Below, one piece after another: positions 25,836 to 37,430 of a stretch of DNA of 64,000 bases. How positions within the stretch are numbered: the first letter of the stretch is position 1; each line of letters opens with the position of its first letter. The position numbers and the translations under genes are program-made. Source of the stretch: Arcobacter sp. LC1 (GTDB lineage Bacteria; Campylobacterota; Campylobacteria; Campylobacterales; Arcobacteraceae); NCBI GenBank assembly GCA_021378565.1, contig JAACJU010000010.1, positions 3,627 through 67,626 on the forward strand, given 5' to 3'. The notes below the pieces were generated by a model. The model was not told the DNA's origin, made no database searches, and was given only the letters and a program-made list of their open reading frames with translations.

Positions 25836-26114
25836 ATGTCAAGATCAATAAAAAAAGGTCCATTTGTAGATGGACACCTAATGAAAAAAGTGTTAAAAGC
25901 AGTTAAAGAAAATAATAAAAAACCAATAAAAACATGGTCAAGAAGATCTACAATCCTTCCTGATATGATTGGTTTGACTTTTACTGTTCATAATGGAAGA
26001 AATTTTATACCCGTGTCAGTTACTGAAAATCACGTTGGTTATAAACTAGGTGAATTTGCACCAACTAGAACATTTAAAGGCCACAAAGGCTCTGTTCAAA
26101 AGAAGGTAGGCTAA
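25836..26114 (+). CDS. rpsS: 30S ribosomal protein S19
   Basis: [12 protein letters not shown]...[13 protein letters not shown] is a conserved S19 sequence. Confidence 0.97.
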   Translation: MSRSIKKGPFVDGHLMKKVLKAVKENNKKPIKTWSRRSTILPDMIGLTFTVHNGRNFIPVSVTENHVGYKLGEFAPTRTFKGHKGSVQKKVG

Positions 26115-26115
26115 G

Positions 26116-26448
26116 ATGTCAAAAGCAATTTTAAGATTTATAAGAGTTTCTCCAATTAAATCAAGATTAATAGCAAGAGAAGTTCAAGGAATGAACGCAG
26201 AGCTAGCAATAGCAAGTTTAGCTTTTACACCTAATAAAGCAGCAAAACTTATCTCAAAAGTGATAAGCTCAGCTGTTGCAAATGCAGGGCTTGAGCCTGA
26301 AGAAGCAATTATTAAGAGTGCAAGAGTTGATAATGGTCCAGTTTTAAAAAGATTTACTCCAAGAGCTAGAGGTAGAGCAACTCCAAAGCATAAACCAACA
26401 GCACACATTATGATAGAAGTAGCAGAAGCAAAAAAAGGAGATAAATAA
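26116..26448 (+). CDS. rplV: 50S ribosomal protein L22
   Basis: Operon position. [28 protein letters not shown] is the L22 C-terminal motif. Confidence 0.95.
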   Translation: MSKAILRFIRVSPIKSRLIAREVQGMNAELAIASLAFTPNKAAKLISKVISSAVANAGLEPEEAIIKSARVDNGPVLKRFTPRARGRATPKHKPTAHIMIEVAEAKKGDK

Positions 26449-26449
26449 G

Positions 26450-27148
26450 ATGGGTCAAAAAGTAAATCCAATTGGTCTTAGATTAGGAATCAACAAAAAC
26501 TGGGATTCAAGATGGTTTCCTGGCTTTGCAAAAATGCCTTCAAATGTAGCCGAAGATGACAAAATAAGAAAATTTATAAAAAAAGAACTTTATTACGCTG
26601 GTATTGCTCAAACTATAATAGAGCGAACTGCTAAAAAAGTAAGAGTTTCAGTTGTTGCAGCAAGACCTGGTATTATTATCGGTAAAAAAGGTGCAGATGT
26701 TGAAAAATTAAAAACTACTTTAGCTAAGCTTGTTGGCAAAGAAGTTGCAGTAAACATCAAAGAAGAGAGAAAACCTCAAGTTTGTGCTCAATTAGCTGCT
26801 GAAAATGTATCACAACAATTAGAGCGAAGAGTTGCTTTTAGAAGAGCTATGAAAAGAGTTATTCAAAATGCACAAAAATCAGGTGCTAAGGGTATAAAAA
26901 TATCAGTTTCAGGTAGACTTGGTGGAGCTGAAATGGCTAGAACTGAGTGGTATCTTGAAGGTAGAGTTCCACTTCATACGCTAAGAGCAAAGATTGATTA
27001 TGGTTTTGCTGAAGCACATACAACTTATGGATGCATCGGTATCAAAGTTTGGATTTTTAAAGGTGAAGTTCTTGCAAAAGGAATTCAACCTGAAAAAGCT
27101 GAAACTTCTAAACCAAAAAGAAGACCAGTTAAAAGAAGAGGTAAATAA
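26450..27148 (+). CDS. rpsC: 30S ribosomal protein S3
   Basis: [23 protein letters not shown] is the S3 N-terminus. Confidence 0.97.
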   Translation: MGQKVNPIGLRLGINKNWDSRWFPGFAKMPSNVAEDDKIRKFIKKELYYAGIAQTIIERTAKKVRVSVVAARPGIIIGKKGADVEKLKTTLAKLVGKEVAVNIKEERKPQVCAQLAAENVSQQLERRVAFRRAMKRVIQNAQKSGAKGIKISVSGRLGGAEMARTEWYLEGRVPLHTLRAKIDYGFAEAHTTYGCIGIKVWIFKGEVLAKGIQPEKAETSKPKRRPVKRRGK

Positions 27149-27150
27149 AT

Positions 27151-27576
27151 ATGTTAATGCCTAAAAGAACAAAATACAGAAAGCAAATGAAAGGCCGAAA
27201 TAGAGGTAAATCTTTTCGAGGTAATTCTTTAGCTTATGGAAATATTGGTATCAAAGCACTTGAGCATGGAAGAATAGATTCAAGACAAATAGAAGCTGCT
27301 AGGGTTGCAATGACAAGAGCAATCAAAAGAGAAGGTAAGGTTTGGATTATGGTATTTCCTGACAAACCTTTAACTGCTAAACCACTTGAAACTAGAATGG
27401 GTAAAGGTAAAGGTGCTGTTGAAAAATGGGTTATGAATATCAAGCCTGGAAGAATTTGCTTTGAGATGGCTGGAGTTAGTGATGAAATAGCTAGAAAAGC
27501 CTTAACCTTAGCAATTCATAAATTGCCATTTAAAACAAAAATTGTTACTGCGGAAAATGAAAATGAAATATACTGA
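27151..27576 (+). CDS. rplP: 50S ribosomal protein L16
   Basis: [19 protein letters not shown] is the L16 N-terminus. Confidence 0.97.
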   Translation: MLMPKRTKYRKQMKGRNRGKSFRGNSLAYGNIGIKALEHGRIDSRQIEAARVAMTRAIKREGKVWIMVFPDKPLTAKPLETRMGKGKGAVEKWVMNIKPGRICFEMAGVSDEIARKALTLAIHKLPFKTKIVTAENENEIY

Positions 27577-27757
27577 TATAAAAACTAAAAGCCAAGAAGA
27601 GCTTAAATCATTATTGAAAGAAAAAAAGGTGTTGTTGTTTGAGTTAAAAGCCAAGCTTAAAACTATGCAACTAACAAATACAAGCGAACCAAGAGTTACT
27701 AAAAAAGATATAGCAAAAATACAAACTGCTATTTCAGCTCTTGCTAAGTCAAACTAA
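27563..27757 (+). CDS. rpmC: 50S ribosomal protein L29
   Basis: [29 protein letters not shown] is L29-like. The start is moved from the track's TTG at 27542 to ATG 27563 (GGAAA RBS, normal L29 length). Confidence 0.9.
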   Translation: MKYTDIKTKSQEELKSLLKEKKVLLFELKAKLKTMQLTNTSEPRVTKKDIAKIQTAISALAKSN

Positions 27758-27766
27758 GGGTCTAGG

Positions 27767-28021
27767 ATGAGTACACACAAAAGAGAGATTCACGGTCTAG
27801 TGGTAACAAAATCTGGAGATAAAACAGCATCAGTTCTAGTAACAAGATCAGTTATGCATCCAAAATATCATAAAACTGTAAAAAGATTTAAAAAATATTT
27901 AATCCATGATGAAAAAAATGAGTTAAGTGTAGGCGATAGTGTTATAGCGCTTGAGTGCAGACCATTGTCTAAAAGTAAATCATATAGATTAAAAACCATT
28001 TTATCTAAAGGAGTCGAGTAA
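27767..28021 (+). CDS. rpsQ: 30S ribosomal protein S17
   Basis: Operon position. [27 protein letters not shown] is S17-like. Confidence 0.95.
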   Translation: MSTHKREIHGLVVTKSGDKTASVLVTRSVMHPKYHKTVKRFKKYLIHDEKNELSVGDSVIALECRPLSKSKSYRLKTILSKGVE

Positions 28022-28389
28022 TGATACAAAGTTTTACTAGACTAAATGTTGCTGATAACAGTGGTGCTAAAGAGATTATGTGTATCAAAGTTTTAGGTGG
28101 TTCTAAAAGAAGATATGCAACTGTTGGTGATGTAATTGTAGCTTCGGTTAAAAAAGCCATTCCAAATGGAAAGGTAAAAAAAGGTCAAGTTATCAAAGCT
28201 GTTGTTGTAAGAACTCATAAAGAAGTACAAAGAGAAAACGGCTCACTTATTAGATTTGATGATAACGCTGGAGTTATTTTAGATACTAAAAAAGAGCCAA
28301 TTGGTACAAGAATTTTTGGACCAGTTGCAAGAGAAGTAAGACATAAAAACTTTATGAAGATAGTTTCACTTGCTCCGGAGGTGCTGTAA
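28021..28389 (+). CDS. rplN: 50S ribosomal protein L14
   Basis: [28 protein letters not shown] is the L14 N-terminus. Confidence 0.97.
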   Translation: MIQSFTRLNVADNSGAKEIMCIKVLGGSKRRYATVGDVIVASVKKAIPNGKVKKGQVIKAVVVRTHKEVQRENGSLIRFDDNAGVILDTKKEPIGTRIFGPVAREVRHKNFMKIVSLAPEVL

Positions 28390-28622
28390 TGCCTAAATTA
28401 AAAATCAAAAAAGGTGATAATGTAAAAATTATTGCTGGAAATGACAAAGGTAAAACTGGTGAAGTTTTATTTGTATTTCCTAAAACAAGCAAAGTGATTG
28501 TAAGAGATTGCAAAATAAGCAAAAAAGCTGTAAAAGCTGATAAAGAGAAAAATCCAGATGGTGGCTTTGTAAAAAAAGAAATGCCAATTGATATTTCAAA
28601 TGTAAAAAAAGTGGAGGCTTAA
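28389..28622 (+). CDS. rplX: 50S ribosomal protein L24
   Basis: Operon position. [22 protein letters not shown] is the KOW motif. Confidence 0.95.
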   Translation: MPKLKIKKGDNVKIIAGNDKGKTGEVLFVFPKTSKVIVRDCKISKKAVKADKEKNPDGGFVKKEMPIDISNVKKVEA

Positions 28623-28623
28623 G

Positions 28624-29172
28624 ATGGCAAGTAGATTATACGAAAGATATAAAAGCGAGATTAAACCTACACTTGAAAAAGAATTCAAACAAAATACAAT
28701 GCTAACTGCAAAAGTAGATAAAATTGTTATTAGTGTTGGTGCAGGTGAGGCTATGAAAGATAGCAAACTTATGCAAAATATTGAAGATACAATTTCACTA
28801 ATCGCAGGGCAAAGAGCTGTAAAAGTTATTGCTAAAAAATCAGTTGCTGGTTTTAAAGTAAGAGAAGGTTCACCTGTTGGAGTTAAAGTTACTTTAAGAG
28901 GGCAAAGTATGTATATTTTCTTAGATAAATTATGCTCAATTGCACTTCCAAGAGTAAAAGACTTTAGAGGATTAAATAGAAATGGTTTTGATGGTAGAGG
29001 CAATTATAACTTTGGACTTGAAGAACAATTGATGTTTCCTGAAGTTGTTTATGATGATATTATTAAAACTCACGGAATGAATATTTCTATAGGAACAAGT
29101 ACTGACAATGATGAAGAAGCTTTGAGATTACTTGAGCTTGTTGGCGTTCCATTTAAAAAAGGAAAAGAGTAA
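28624..29172 (+). CDS. rplE: 50S ribosomal protein L5
   Basis: Operon position. [29 protein letters not shown] is the L5 motif. Confidence 0.96.
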   Translation: MASRLYERYKSEIKPTLEKEFKQNTMLTAKVDKIVISVGAGEAMKDSKLMQNIEDTISLIAGQRAVKVIAKKSVAGFKVREGSPVGVKVTLRGQSMYIFLDKLCSIALPRVKDFRGLNRNGFDGRGNYNFGLEEQLMFPEVVYDDIIKTHGMNISIGTSTDNDEEALRLLELVGVPFKKGKE

Positions 29173-29357
29173 TGGCAAAAAAATCTATGATTGCAAAGCA
29201 AAAAAGAACTCCAAAATTTTCAACAAGAGCTTATAGTAGATGTTCAATTTGTGGACGATCTCACTCAGTTTATAAAGATTTTGGTCTTTGCAGAATATGT
29301 TTAAGAAAAATGGCTAACGAGGGATTACTTCCTGGCGTTAGAAAAGCTAGCTGGTAA
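29172..29357 (+). CDS. rpsZ: 30S ribosomal protein S14, zinc-binding type Z
   Basis: 61 aa with [22 protein letters not shown] (CxxC...CxxC). Confidence 0.95.
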   Translation: MAKKSMIAKQKRTPKFSTRAYSRCSICGRSHSVYKDFGLCRICLRKMANEGLLPGVRKASW

Positions 29358-29372
29358 GGAGAAAAAAAGCCC

Positions 29373-29771
29373 ATGATGAATGATTTAATCGCAGACGCTT
29401 TAACTAGAGTTAGAAATGCTGCAATGAGAAAACTTGAAGTAACAACTTTACTTCATTCAAATACTGTTGTTGGTGTTTTAAATGTATTACAAAAAAAAGA
29501 ATACATAGAAAATTTTAAAGTTATTGATGGAAAAAATAATAAAAAAAGTATACAAGTTGTCTTGAAATATGATGACGACGAAAAATCAGTAATAAGTGAA
29601 ATAAAAAGAATTTCAAGCCCAGGTCGAAGAGTATATAAAAATGCTTCTGAGCTTAAAAGTTTTAAAAACGGTTTTGGTACTATTGTTGTTTCTACAAACA
29701 AAGGTGTTCTTGCTAACGATGAGGCTTACGCTTCAAAACTTGGTGGCGAAGTCCTTTGTACAGTTTGGTAA
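29373..29771 (+). CDS. rpsH: 30S ribosomal protein S8
   Basis: [16 protein letters not shown] is the S8 N-terminus. Confidence 0.96.
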   Translation: MMNDLIADALTRVRNAAMRKLEVTTLLHSNTVVGVLNVLQKKEYIENFKVIDGKNNKKSIQVVLKYDDDEKSVISEIKRISSPGRRVYKNASELKSFKNGFGTIVVSTNKGVLANDEAYASKLGGEVLCTVW

Positions 29772-29780
29772 GGAGAGCAG

Positions 29781-30317
29781 ATGTCTAGAATCGGAAAAAA
29801 ACCTATTGCTATTCCAAAAGGTATAGAAGTTACAGTTGATGGCGCACTTGTAAATGTAAAAAAAGGCAACAAAACAGCTTGTATTGACACGCATTCAAAA
29901 GTGAAAATTGAAGTTACTGATAAAGAAGTTATTTTTACTAAACTTGGAGAAGAAAAAGAAGCTGGAGCATTTTGGGGAACTTATAGAGCCTTAACAGCAA
30001 ATGCTATCGAAGGCTTTGAAAAAGGCTTTTCAAAAACGCTAGAAATTAATGGTGTCGGTTACAGAGCTATAATTAAGGGAAATATTTTAGAATTACAATT
30101 AGGATATTCTCATCCAATTAATTATGAAATTCCTAAAGGTTTAGAAATTAGCGTTGAAAAAAATACTATTAATATAAAAGGTAGTGACAAACAAGCTGTT
30201 GGTCAAACTGCTGCGATTATTAGAGGATTTAGAAAACCAGAACCTTACAAAGGTAAAGGTGTTAAATACAGCGATGAAGTTATTATACGAAAAGCTGGAA
30301 AAACTGCTAAGAAATAA
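29781..30317 (+). CDS. rplF: 50S ribosomal protein L6
   Basis: [17 protein letters not shown] is the L6 N-terminus. Confidence 0.96.
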   Translation: MSRIGKKPIAIPKGIEVTVDGALVNVKKGNKTACIDTHSKVKIEVTDKEVIFTKLGEEKEAGAFWGTYRALTANAIEGFEKGFSKTLEINGVGYRAIIKGNILELQLGYSHPINYEIPKGLEISVEKNTINIKGSDKQAVGQTAAIIRGFRKPEPYKGKGVKYSDEVIIRKAGKTAKK

Positions 30318-30327
30318 GGTGTAAAAA

Positions 30328-30687
30328 ATGAGTAGAGCAAAAGATATAGTAAAAAAGAACCTTCTTAGACTAAAAAGAAAAAGAAGAATAAGAGGTAAGA
30401 TTAGCGGAACAGCAGAGCTACCTAGATTATCAGTTTTTAAATCAAACAGATTTTTAAGTGCTCAAGCTATTGATGATGTTACAGGTACTACCTTAGCAGC
30501 AGTTTGTGGTAAAAAACTTAATTTAAGTATTAACAAAGAAAATGCAGTAAAAGTCGCAAGTGAATTTGCAAATACTTTAAAAGCAAAAAAAATTACTAAT
30601 GTTGTTTTGGATAGAAACGGATATTTATATCATGGTGTTATTGCAGTATTTGCAGATACACTAAGAGAAAATGGAATAAAACTTTAA
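30328..30687 (+). CDS. rplR: 50S ribosomal protein L18
   Basis: Operon position. [19 protein letters not shown]...DRNGYLYHG is L18-like. Confidence 0.95.
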   Translation: MSRAKDIVKKNLLRLKRKRRIRGKISGTAELPRLSVFKSNRFLSAQAIDDVTGTTLAAVCGKKLNLSINKENAVKVASEFANTLKAKKITNVVLDRNGYLYHGVIAVFADTLRENGIKL

Positions 30688-30693
30688 GGTGTA

Positions 30694-31137
30694 ATGATGG
30701 CAATTAATAGAGAAGATTTTGCAGAGGCTATCGTTAAAATCGGTAGAGTAACAAAAGTTGTAAAAGGTGGTAGAAGATTTAGATTTACTGCTTTAGTTGT
30801 AGTTGGTGACAAACAAGGAACCGTAGGATATGGTACAGGAAAAGCAAAAGAAGTTCCTGATGCTATAAAAAAAGCACTTGATGATGCTTTTAAATCTTTA
30901 GTAAAAGTTTCTATAAATGGCACAACAATAAATCATGATATTGAGCATAAATATAATGCTAGTAAGATTTTATTAAAGCCAGCTAGTGAAGGTACAGGAC
31001 TTATAGCTGGTGGAGCTGCTAGACCTGTTTTGGAACTTGCAGGTGTAAAAGATATTATCGCTAAATCTCTTGGTTCAAACAATCCAAACAATCTAGTTCA
31101 AGCTACTGTTGAAGCGCTTGCTAGAATCAAAGGTTAA
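30694..31137 (+). CDS. rpsE: 30S ribosomal protein S5
   Basis: [26 protein letters not shown] is the S5 motif. Confidence 0.96.
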   Translation: MMAINREDFAEAIVKIGRVTKVVKGGRRFRFTALVVVGDKQGTVGYGTGKAKEVPDAIKKALDDAFKSLVKVSINGTTINHDIEHKYNASKILLKPASEGTGLIAGGAARPVLELAGVKDIIAKSLGSNNPNNLVQATVEALARIKG

Positions 31138-31139
31138 AA

Positions 31140-31538
31140 ATGATACTAGATACTTTAAAACCAGCTGATGGTAGTACAAAAAATACCAAAAGAATTGGGC
31201 GAGGACAAGGTAGTGGAAATGGTAAAACTGCTGGAAAAGGAAATAAAGGTCAAAAATCAAGATCTGGATATAAAATAAAAAGAGGTTTTGAGGGTGGACA
31301 ACAACCAATTCACAGAAGACTTCCAAAAGTAGGATTTACTTCAAGAGTAGTTAAAGCACATTCTATAAATGTAGAAAAAGTTACAAAAATTAAAGATTTA
31401 GATGAAATTACACTAGAAACTATAAAAACTGTTTATAAATTATCAAGAAGTGTAAAAGCTGTAAAATTAATAGGCCCAAGTGCAAAAGATTTACTTCCTA
31501 AAATCAAAGATGCTAACGTAACTACAACTGGTAACTAA
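31140..31538 (+). CDS. rplO: 50S ribosomal protein L15
   Basis: [26 protein letters not shown] is the L15 motif. It directly follows rpsE, with no L30 gene between them. Confidence 0.95.
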   Translation: MILDTLKPADGSTKNTKRIGRGQGSGNGKTAGKGNKGQKSRSGYKIKRGFEGGQQPIHRRLPKVGFTSRVVKAHSINVEKVTKIKDLDEITLETIKTVYKLSRSVKAVKLIGPSAKDLLPKIKDANVTTTGN

Positions 31539-31540
31539 AG

Positions 31541-32803
31541 ATGAGTAAAGAATTAATAAATAAAATCCTAATAACTTTGGGTTTTATTTTTGCTTATAGA
31601 ATTTTAGCTTATGTTCCAGTACCTGGGGTAAATATATCTGTTGTTAAAGATTTTTTTGATTCAAATTCAAACAATGCTCTAGGTTTAGTAAATATTTTTA
31701 GTGGAAATGCAATTTCAAGATTAAGTATAATATCTTTGGGTATTATGCCTTATATTACATCTTCGATTATTATGGAACTTCTAGCAACAACATTCCCAAC
31801 CCTTGGTAAAATGAAAAAAGAAAGAGATGGTATGCAAAAATATATGCAAATCATCAGATACGCAACAATAGTTATAACTCTAGTTCAAGCAGTTGGAGTT
31901 TCTATGGGGCTAAATTCTTTGACTAGTAAAACAGGGCAAAGTGCTATTATGATTGATATGGATACTTTTATAGCAGTTGCCGCAATTTCTATGTTGACAG
32001 GAACTATGCTTTTGATGTGGATAGGGGAACAAATTACCCAAAAAGGTATAGGTAATGGTATTTCTTTGATTATCTTTGCTGGAATTGTTTCAGCTATTCC
32101 ACACGCAATTAGTGGGACTGTAGAACTTGTAAATAACGGACAAATGAATATTTTGACAGTAATTGGCATTTTGCTTGTAGTCATCATAACCGTTTTGATT
32201 ATTATTTATGTAGAACTAGGAGAACGCAGGGTTCCAATTTCTTATTCAAGAAAAACCATGATGCAAAATCAGAAAAAAAGAATAATGAACTATATTCCTA
32301 TAAAAGTAAACCTATCAGGTGTAATTCCAGCGATTTTCGCTTCAGCATTACTTACTTTTCCTTCTACGATTTTGCATAGTTCAAAAAATCCTATTTTAGT
32401 AGCAATTTCAGATTTTATAAGTCCAGCTTCATATACTTTTAATATCTTAATGTTTTTATTAGTAGTTTTCTTTGCATTTTTCTATGCTTCTATTACTTTT
32501 AATGCTAAAGACATAGCGGATAACCTTAAAAAACAAGGTGGATTTATTCCAGGGGTTAGACCAGGAGGCAGTACATCTCAATTTTTAAATGATACTGCTG
32601 GAAGGCTTACTTTTTGGGGTGCAATATATTTAGGGCTAATATCTACTTTCCCTTGGTTACTTGTAAAAGCTATGGGAGTACCTTTTTATTTTGGAGGTGT
32701 TGCTGTATTAATTGTTGTTCAAGTCGCAATTGACACTATGAAAAAAATAGAAGCTCAGCAATATATGAATAAATATGATACGCTAAGTGCAGTTGGGCTT
32801 TAA
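31541..32803 (+). CDS. secY: preprotein translocase subunit SecY
   Basis: 420 aa with multiple TM segments. SIISLGIMPYITSSIIMELL and GNGISLIIFAGIV are SecY signatures. Confidence 0.96.
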   Translation: MSKELINKILITLGFIFAYRILAYVPVPGVNISVVKDFFDSNSNNALGLVNIFSGNAISRLSIISLGIMPYITSSIIMELLATTFPTLGKMKKERDGMQKYMQIIRYATIVITLVQAVGVSMGLNSLTSKTGQSAIMIDMDTFIAVAAISMLTGTMLLMWIGEQITQKGIGNGISLIIFAGIVSAIPHAISGTVELVNNGQMNILTVIGILLVVIITVLIIIYVELGERRVPISYSRKTMMQNQKKRIMNYIPIKVNLSGVIPAIFASALLTFPSTILHSSKNPILVAISDFISPASYTFNILMFLLVVFFAFFYASITFNAKDIADNLKKQGGFIPGVRPGGSTSQFLNDTAGRLTFWGAIYLGLISTFPWLLVKAMGVPFYFGGVAVLIVVQVAIDTMKKIEAQQYMNKYDTLSAVGL

Positions 32804-32804
32804 T

Positions 32805-33566
32805 ATGTCAATTACACTAAGAAAAAAAACTGAAATACAAAAAATACAAACCGCAGCAAATGTTGTTGCACAGACTTTAGAATACTTAAATAAAAATGTC
32901 AAAGCAGGCATGAGTTTGCTTGAAGTTGATAAAATGGGAGAGGATTTTTTGCTCTCTCACAATGCAAGACCTGCTTTTAAAGGCCTTTACGGCTTTCCAA
33001 ATGCAATTTGCACTTCTTTAAATGAAGTTATTATTCATGGACTTCCAGATAAAACCATCATAAAAGAGGGCGATATTTTAGGAGTTGATATAGGCAGTGA
33101 AATAGCAGGTTGGTATGGTGACGCTGCTATTACTATGCCAATTGGCAAAATATCAAAAGAAGATGAGGCTTTGATAGCTTGTTCTAAAGACGCACTTTAT
33201 TTTGCAATCGATATTATAAAAGAAGGTATGAGATTTAAAGAATTATCTTATGAGATTGAGAATTTTATAGTTAGTAGAGGTTATCAACCTCTTGTTGATT
33301 TTTGTGGACATGGTATTGGCAAAACTCCCCATGCTGAACCTGAAATACCAAATTATATAAGTTCAAAAGCAAATATAAAATCAGGGCCAAAAATTAAAAA
33401 TGGTATGGTATTTTGTCTTGAGCCTATGATTTGTGCTAAAGAAAGAGAGCCAGTTATTTTAGCTGATAAATGGTCAGTTGTGTCTAAAGATGGGCTAAGA
33501 GGCAGCCATTACGAACACGAACTTGCTGTAATCGATGGAAAAGCAAGAATTTTAAGTAAAGTTTAA
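32805..33566 (+). CDS. map: type I methionine aminopeptidase
   Basis: VIIHGLP...GDILGVDIG...GWYGDAA...CGHGIG...EPMI...EHE give the metal-ligand contexts. The start is moved to ATG 32805, just after the secY stop. Confidence 0.93.
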   Translation: MSITLRKKTEIQKIQTAANVVAQTLEYLNKNVKAGMSLLEVDKMGEDFLLSHNARPAFKGLYGFPNAICTSLNEVIIHGLPDKTIIKEGDILGVDIGSEIAGWYGDAAITMPIGKISKEDEALIACSKDALYFAIDIIKEGMRFKELSYEIENFIVSRGYQPLVDFCGHGIGKTPHAEPEIPNYISSKANIKSGPKIKNGMVFCLEPMICAKEREPVILADKWSVVSKDGLRGSHYEHELAVIDGKARILSKV

Positions 33567-33581
33567 AAAGGAAAAAAGAAA

Positions 33582-33800
33582 ATGTCAAAAGATGATGTGA
33601 TTGTTGTTGATGGCAAGGTAATTGAAGCCTTACCTAATGCAATGTTTAGAGTGCAACTTGATAATGGACACATAGTTTTATGCCATATTTCAGGAAAAAT
33701 GCGAATGCATTATATTAAAATTTTACCAAACGATAAGGTAAAAATAGAAATTACACCTTATTCTTTGGATAAGGGTAGAATAACTCACAGATATAAGTAA
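33582..33800 (+). CDS. infA: translation initiation factor IF-1
   Basis: [56 protein letters not shown] is a conserved IF-1 sequence. Confidence 0.97.
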   Translation: MSKDDVIVVDGKVIEALPNAMFRVQLDNGHIVLCHISGKMRMHYIKILPNDKVKIEITPYSLDKGRITHRYK

Positions 33801-33872
33801 GGTATTAATAATTCTCTAGTCTAGATTTTTAGGCTAGAAAATGTTTTTTAACATAACTTTATAAAATCCACA

Positions 33873-34538
33873 ATGACTCTTAAAGAAAAAATAAAACTTT
33901 TAACAGAGCTTCAAAAGATTAAAAGTTTTGGCTTAGAATATTTTAATCCAAATGTTTTCAGAAAAAATTATTCAAATACTTTGGAAGCTATAAATCTATC
34001 CCAACTAGAAGAACTAGTCCTTTCTTGCCACCTTTGCCAAAAAGCTAAAATCAAAAATCAAGTAATATTTTCAAGAGGAAATCAAAATTCAAAGATTATG
34101 ATTTTACTTCCTCAAGTAACAAGTTTAGATGATAAAATAAATCTTTCGCCTAGTGGAAAAACAGAAGAAATTTTGGCAAATATTTTAGATATTTACCTAG
34201 GTGCAAAATTAAATGATTTGTATATTACAAATATTTTAAAATGCCAAATGGGAAATTTTAGTCCAAGTTATGATGATATAATATCATGCAAAATATATTT
34301 AGACCAACAAATTGAACTAATAAGTCCTAAAATTATTATTTCTTTTGGCTTAGAATGTTATAATTATCTTTTTAATGATGAGATAGTATATCCTGAAATT
34401 TTAGACCAAAATCTTTTTTACAAAGGTACAAGGATTTTTATTTGTCAAAGTTTAGATTTATTAAGAAGAAATCCATCTTTTGAGAATAAACTTAAAAATG
34501 ATATGCAAAAAATTTACAAAATATTGGAGAAGATTTGA
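33873..34538 (+). CDS. uracil-DNA glycosylase superfamily protein (family 4-like, divergent motifs)
   Basis: CHLCQKAK Cys pair, IMILLPQVTS in place of the GEAPG region, YITNILKC, and RRNPS in place of HPS. Assignment is tentative. Confidence 0.5.
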   Translation: MTLKEKIKLLTELQKIKSFGLEYFNPNVFRKNYSNTLEAINLSQLEELVLSCHLCQKAKIKNQVIFSRGNQNSKIMILLPQVTSLDDKINLSPSGKTEEILANILDIYLGAKLNDLYITNILKCQMGNFSPSYDDIISCKIYLDQQIELISPKIIISFGLECYNYLFNDEIVYPEILDQNLFYKGTRIFICQSLDLLRRNPSFENKLKNDMQKIYKILEKI

Positions 34539-35596
34539 AAAACCTTATATTTTTTATTGTTGTTGTACTAGGTCTAAGTGCTTGCTCAAGTATCAATCTA
34601 GGTATCGGCAATTCTAAGCAAGCTACTACATCAAAACCAAACCTATTGCCTTCATCAAGCAAGAAGAAAGTAGGTAAACAAGCTTATAGAGTTGCTTTGC
34701 TTTTTCCTTCTAAAGTGGTGGGAAATTATGCTTATGATTTGGTAAATACTGTTTCAACTTATCTACTTATGCAAAACAAACAATTCAAAATCAAAATTTA
34801 TGATTCTTTTGATGAAAAGACAGATTCTATAAAAAAACAAATTGCAAAAATCAATGATGATGGATACACAAATGTAATCGCCTTGCTAACTCAAAAAGGA
34901 TTTTTGGAGATTAGAGATGATGAAAGTATTAAAGGTTTAAAAATTTATTTTCCAATTATAAATAAAAATAATTATTATGTCAAACATAAAAATCTTTATT
35001 TTGGCGGAGTAAATTATAAGCAACAACTTGAATATTTAATCCTTTATTCAAATGAAAATATAGTAGATTTTTATGATGATTCTTTTGTAGGGCAAAGATT
35101 AGACGACATGGTAAAATCCCTAGCTCCCAAAATTCTTTATTCGCATGTAATTGATGCAAGAAATAGTAGATATAGATATTTAGTTAATCATGACTCTTTA
35201 AATGATTCAAGTTTGATTTTAAATACACCTATTGTAAAAACTTCTATACTTTTATCACAAATTCAAGCAAATACTGATATTGTCCCAAAAATTATTTTAT
35301 CGACCCAACTAAATTATACTCCTTTGATTTTTTCACTAACTCAAGTAAATGATAGAAAAAATCTAGTAATAGCAAATTCTATCGGAAAAGTTTCTCCATC
35401 TTTAAATGAAGCGCTCTTGTTAAATAATGTAAATATTAATTATAACTTTTTAGCATTTTCATCTCTTGTTGGTATTGATTATTTGTTTTCAGATAATCAC
35501 TCTAGTTTGTTAAATTATGATATGGTAAATAATCAAGCAATTTACCTAGTTAGTCTTTATAAAGTCAATGATTTTAGCTTTGAAGAGATTAAGTAA
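34535..35596 (+). CDS. lipoprotein, possibly LpoA/periplasmic-binding-fold-like
   Basis: TTG start with a GGAG RBS. Lipobox LGLSAC. YRVALLFPSKVVGNYAYDLVN resembles the PBP type-1 / LpoA C-domain N-terminus. Confidence 0.45.
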   Translation: MKNLIFFIVVVLGLSACSSINLGIGNSKQATTSKPNLLPSSSKKKVGKQAYRVALLFPSKVVGNYAYDLVNTVSTYLLMQNKQFKIKIYDSFDEKTDSIKKQIAKINDDGYTNVIALLTQKGFLEIRDDESIKGLKIYFPIINKNNYYVKHKNLYFGGVNYKQQLEYLILYSNENIVDFYDDSFVGQRLDDMVKSLAPKILYSHVIDARNSRYRYLVNHDSLNDSSLILNTPIVKTSILLSQIQANTDIVPKIILSTQLNYTPLIFSLTQVNDRKNLVIANSIGKVSPSLNEALLLNNVNINYNFLAFSSLVGIDYLFSDNHSSLLNYDMVNNQAIYLVSLYKVNDFSFEEIK

Positions 35597-35637
35597 AATT
35601 TGGTTAAAATGCCAAATAATATAATTTGGAGTTAGGT

Positions 35638-37413
35638 TTGAGAACACACTATTGCGTTGATGTTACGGAAAAAAATATTGGAGATATAGTAAGAGTTTCT
35701 GGTTGGGTAAATTCAAGAAGAGACCACGGTGGGATTATTTTTATTGATTTAAGAGACAAAGGTGGCTTGGTTCAACTAGTTTGTGATCCAAATGACAGTC
35801 AAAGTGCTTGGGAGATAGCAAGCAATATAAGAGATGAATTTGTAATAAGCGCAAAAGGAAAGGTAAGGCTAAGAGGAGAAGGCTTAGAAAATCCAAACCT
35901 AATCACTGGCAAAATTGAAATTATTATAGAAGATTTGCTTGTAGAAAATAAATCTAAACCTATGCCTTTTGATTTAGGTGATTTAAAAGTAAATGAAGAA
36001 ATTAGACTTAAGCATAGATTTTTAGAACTTAGAACACCAAAAAGTTATGAAATTTTTGCTTTAAGAAGTAAAGTAAGTTTGACTGCTAGAAATTCTTTAG
36101 ATAAGATGGGTTTTTTAGATGTAGAAACACCTTTGCTCACAAAATCTACTCCTGAAGGTGCTAGAGATTATTTAGTTCCAAGTAGGATTCATCATGGGCA
36201 TTTTTTTGCACTTCCTCAGTCTCCTCAGATTTTTAAACAATTATTAATGGTCTCAGGTTTTGACAGATATTACCAACTTGCAAAATGCTTTAGAGATGAA
36301 GATTTAAGAGCAGATAGACAGCCTGAATTTACTCAAATTGATGTTGAAATGAGTTTTTGTGACCAAGAAGAGATTATTAGAGTTGCACAAAAACTTCTAG
36401 TAGATGTTTTTAAATCTTGTGGACATGAAATACCAAAATATTTTCCTAGACTAACTTATCTTGAAGCTATGGAAAAATATGGAAGCGATAAGCCAGATTT
36501 GAGATATGATTTGCAAATGAAAGAAGTTAGTGATATTTTCTTAAAATGCTCGAATGAGATTTTTTCAACACTAGCAAAAGATAAAGAAAAAAATAGAATT
36601 AAAGCATTAAGAATACCAAATGGAGATAAAATTTTCTCAAAAAGACAGATGAAAGGCTTTGAAGACTATGTGAAAAAATTTGGAGCAAGTGGTTTAGGAT
36701 ATTTTCAATTTAAAGAAGATGGACTAAAAGGACCACTTATTAAATTTTTTGAAAAAGAAGATTTAGATGAGCTTATCAAACAAACAAACTTAAGAGTAGG
36801 GGACGTAGTATTTTTTGGTGCAGGGTCTAAAAAACTTGTTTGGGATTATATGGGAAGACTAAGAATTCATTTAGCACAACTTATGGATATTATTCCAAAA
36901 AATGTTTTTTCTTTTCTTTGGATTGTCGATTTTCCTATGTTTGAGCTAATTGATGGTAAGGCTAAAGCTTTGCATCATCCTTTCACTATGCCACAAATTC
37001 CTGATAATGATGTAAAAAACTTAGATAATATAGAAAATCTAGAAGATTTAAAATCATTTGCTTATGATGTAGTTTTAAATGGCGTTGAGCTAGGTGGTGG
37101 AAGCATAAGAATCCATAAAGAAGATATTCAAGCTAAAGTTTTTTCACTTCTTGGAATTAGTGAAGACGAGGCTCAAGAAAAATTTGGTTTTTTACTTGAT
37201 GCACTTTTATTTGGCGCACCTCCACATGGTGGCTTTGCTCTAGGGCTTGATAGATTACTTATGCTTTTAACTAATTCATCATCCATAAAAGATGTTATTG
37301 CCTTCCCAAAAACTCAAAAAGCACAGTGTTTAATGACTGAAGCTCCAGATGTTGTTTCAACTAAGCAACTAAACGAATTAGGACTTAAGCTAAAAGTACT
37401 TAATCCTAGCTAG
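35638..37413 (+). CDS. aspS: aspartate--tRNA ligase
   Basis: MRTHYC...[58 protein letters not shown]. The start is placed at TTG 35638 (GGAG 6 nt upstream; the canonical MRT.YC N-terminus) rather than TTG 35626. Confidence 0.95.
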   Translation: MRTHYCVDVTEKNIGDIVRVSGWVNSRRDHGGIIFIDLRDKGGLVQLVCDPNDSQSAWEIASNIRDEFVISAKGKVRLRGEGLENPNLITGKIEIIIEDLLVENKSKPMPFDLGDLKVNEEIRLKHRFLELRTPKSYEIFALRSKVSLTARNSLDKMGFLDVETPLLTKSTPEGARDYLVPSRIHHGHFFALPQSPQIFKQLLMVSGFDRYYQLAKCFRDEDLRADRQPEFTQIDVEMSFCDQEEIIRVAQKLLVDVFKSCGHEIPKYFPRLTYLEAMEKYGSDKPDLRYDLQMKEVSDIFLKCSNEIFSTLAKDKEKNRIKALRIPNGDKIFSKRQMKGFEDYVKKFGASGLGYFQFKEDGLKGPLIKFFEKEDLDELIKQTNLRVGDVVFFGAGSKKLVWDYMGRLRIHLAQLMDIIPKNVFSFLWIVDFPMFELIDGKAKALHHPFTMPQIPDNDVKNLDNIENLEDLKSFAYDVVLNGVELGGGSIRIHKEDIQAKVFSLLGISEDEAQEKFGFLLDALLFGAPPHGGFALGLDRLLMLLTNSSSIKDVIAFPKTQKAQCLMTEAPDVVSTKQLNELGLKLKVLNPS

Positions 37414-37430
37414 GCTCTCCTAGCTAGATT
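37406..37430 (+). terminator. hairpin at the aspS 3' end
   Basis: CTAGCTAGG-ctct-CCTAGCTAG, a 9-bp perfect stem overlapping the stop codon. The T-run is weak (ATTTG). Confidence 0.45.

Noticed and set aside
23401-31326. Antisense or alternative-frame ORFs inside ribosomal protein genes (for example 23401-23748, 26184-26471, 27234-27443, 28596-29003, 29453-29701, 29641-29826, 30684-30923, 31093-31326)
   Set aside because: They are fully embedded in highly conserved ribosomal genes. They have no RBS, and their composition is typical of shadow ORFs.
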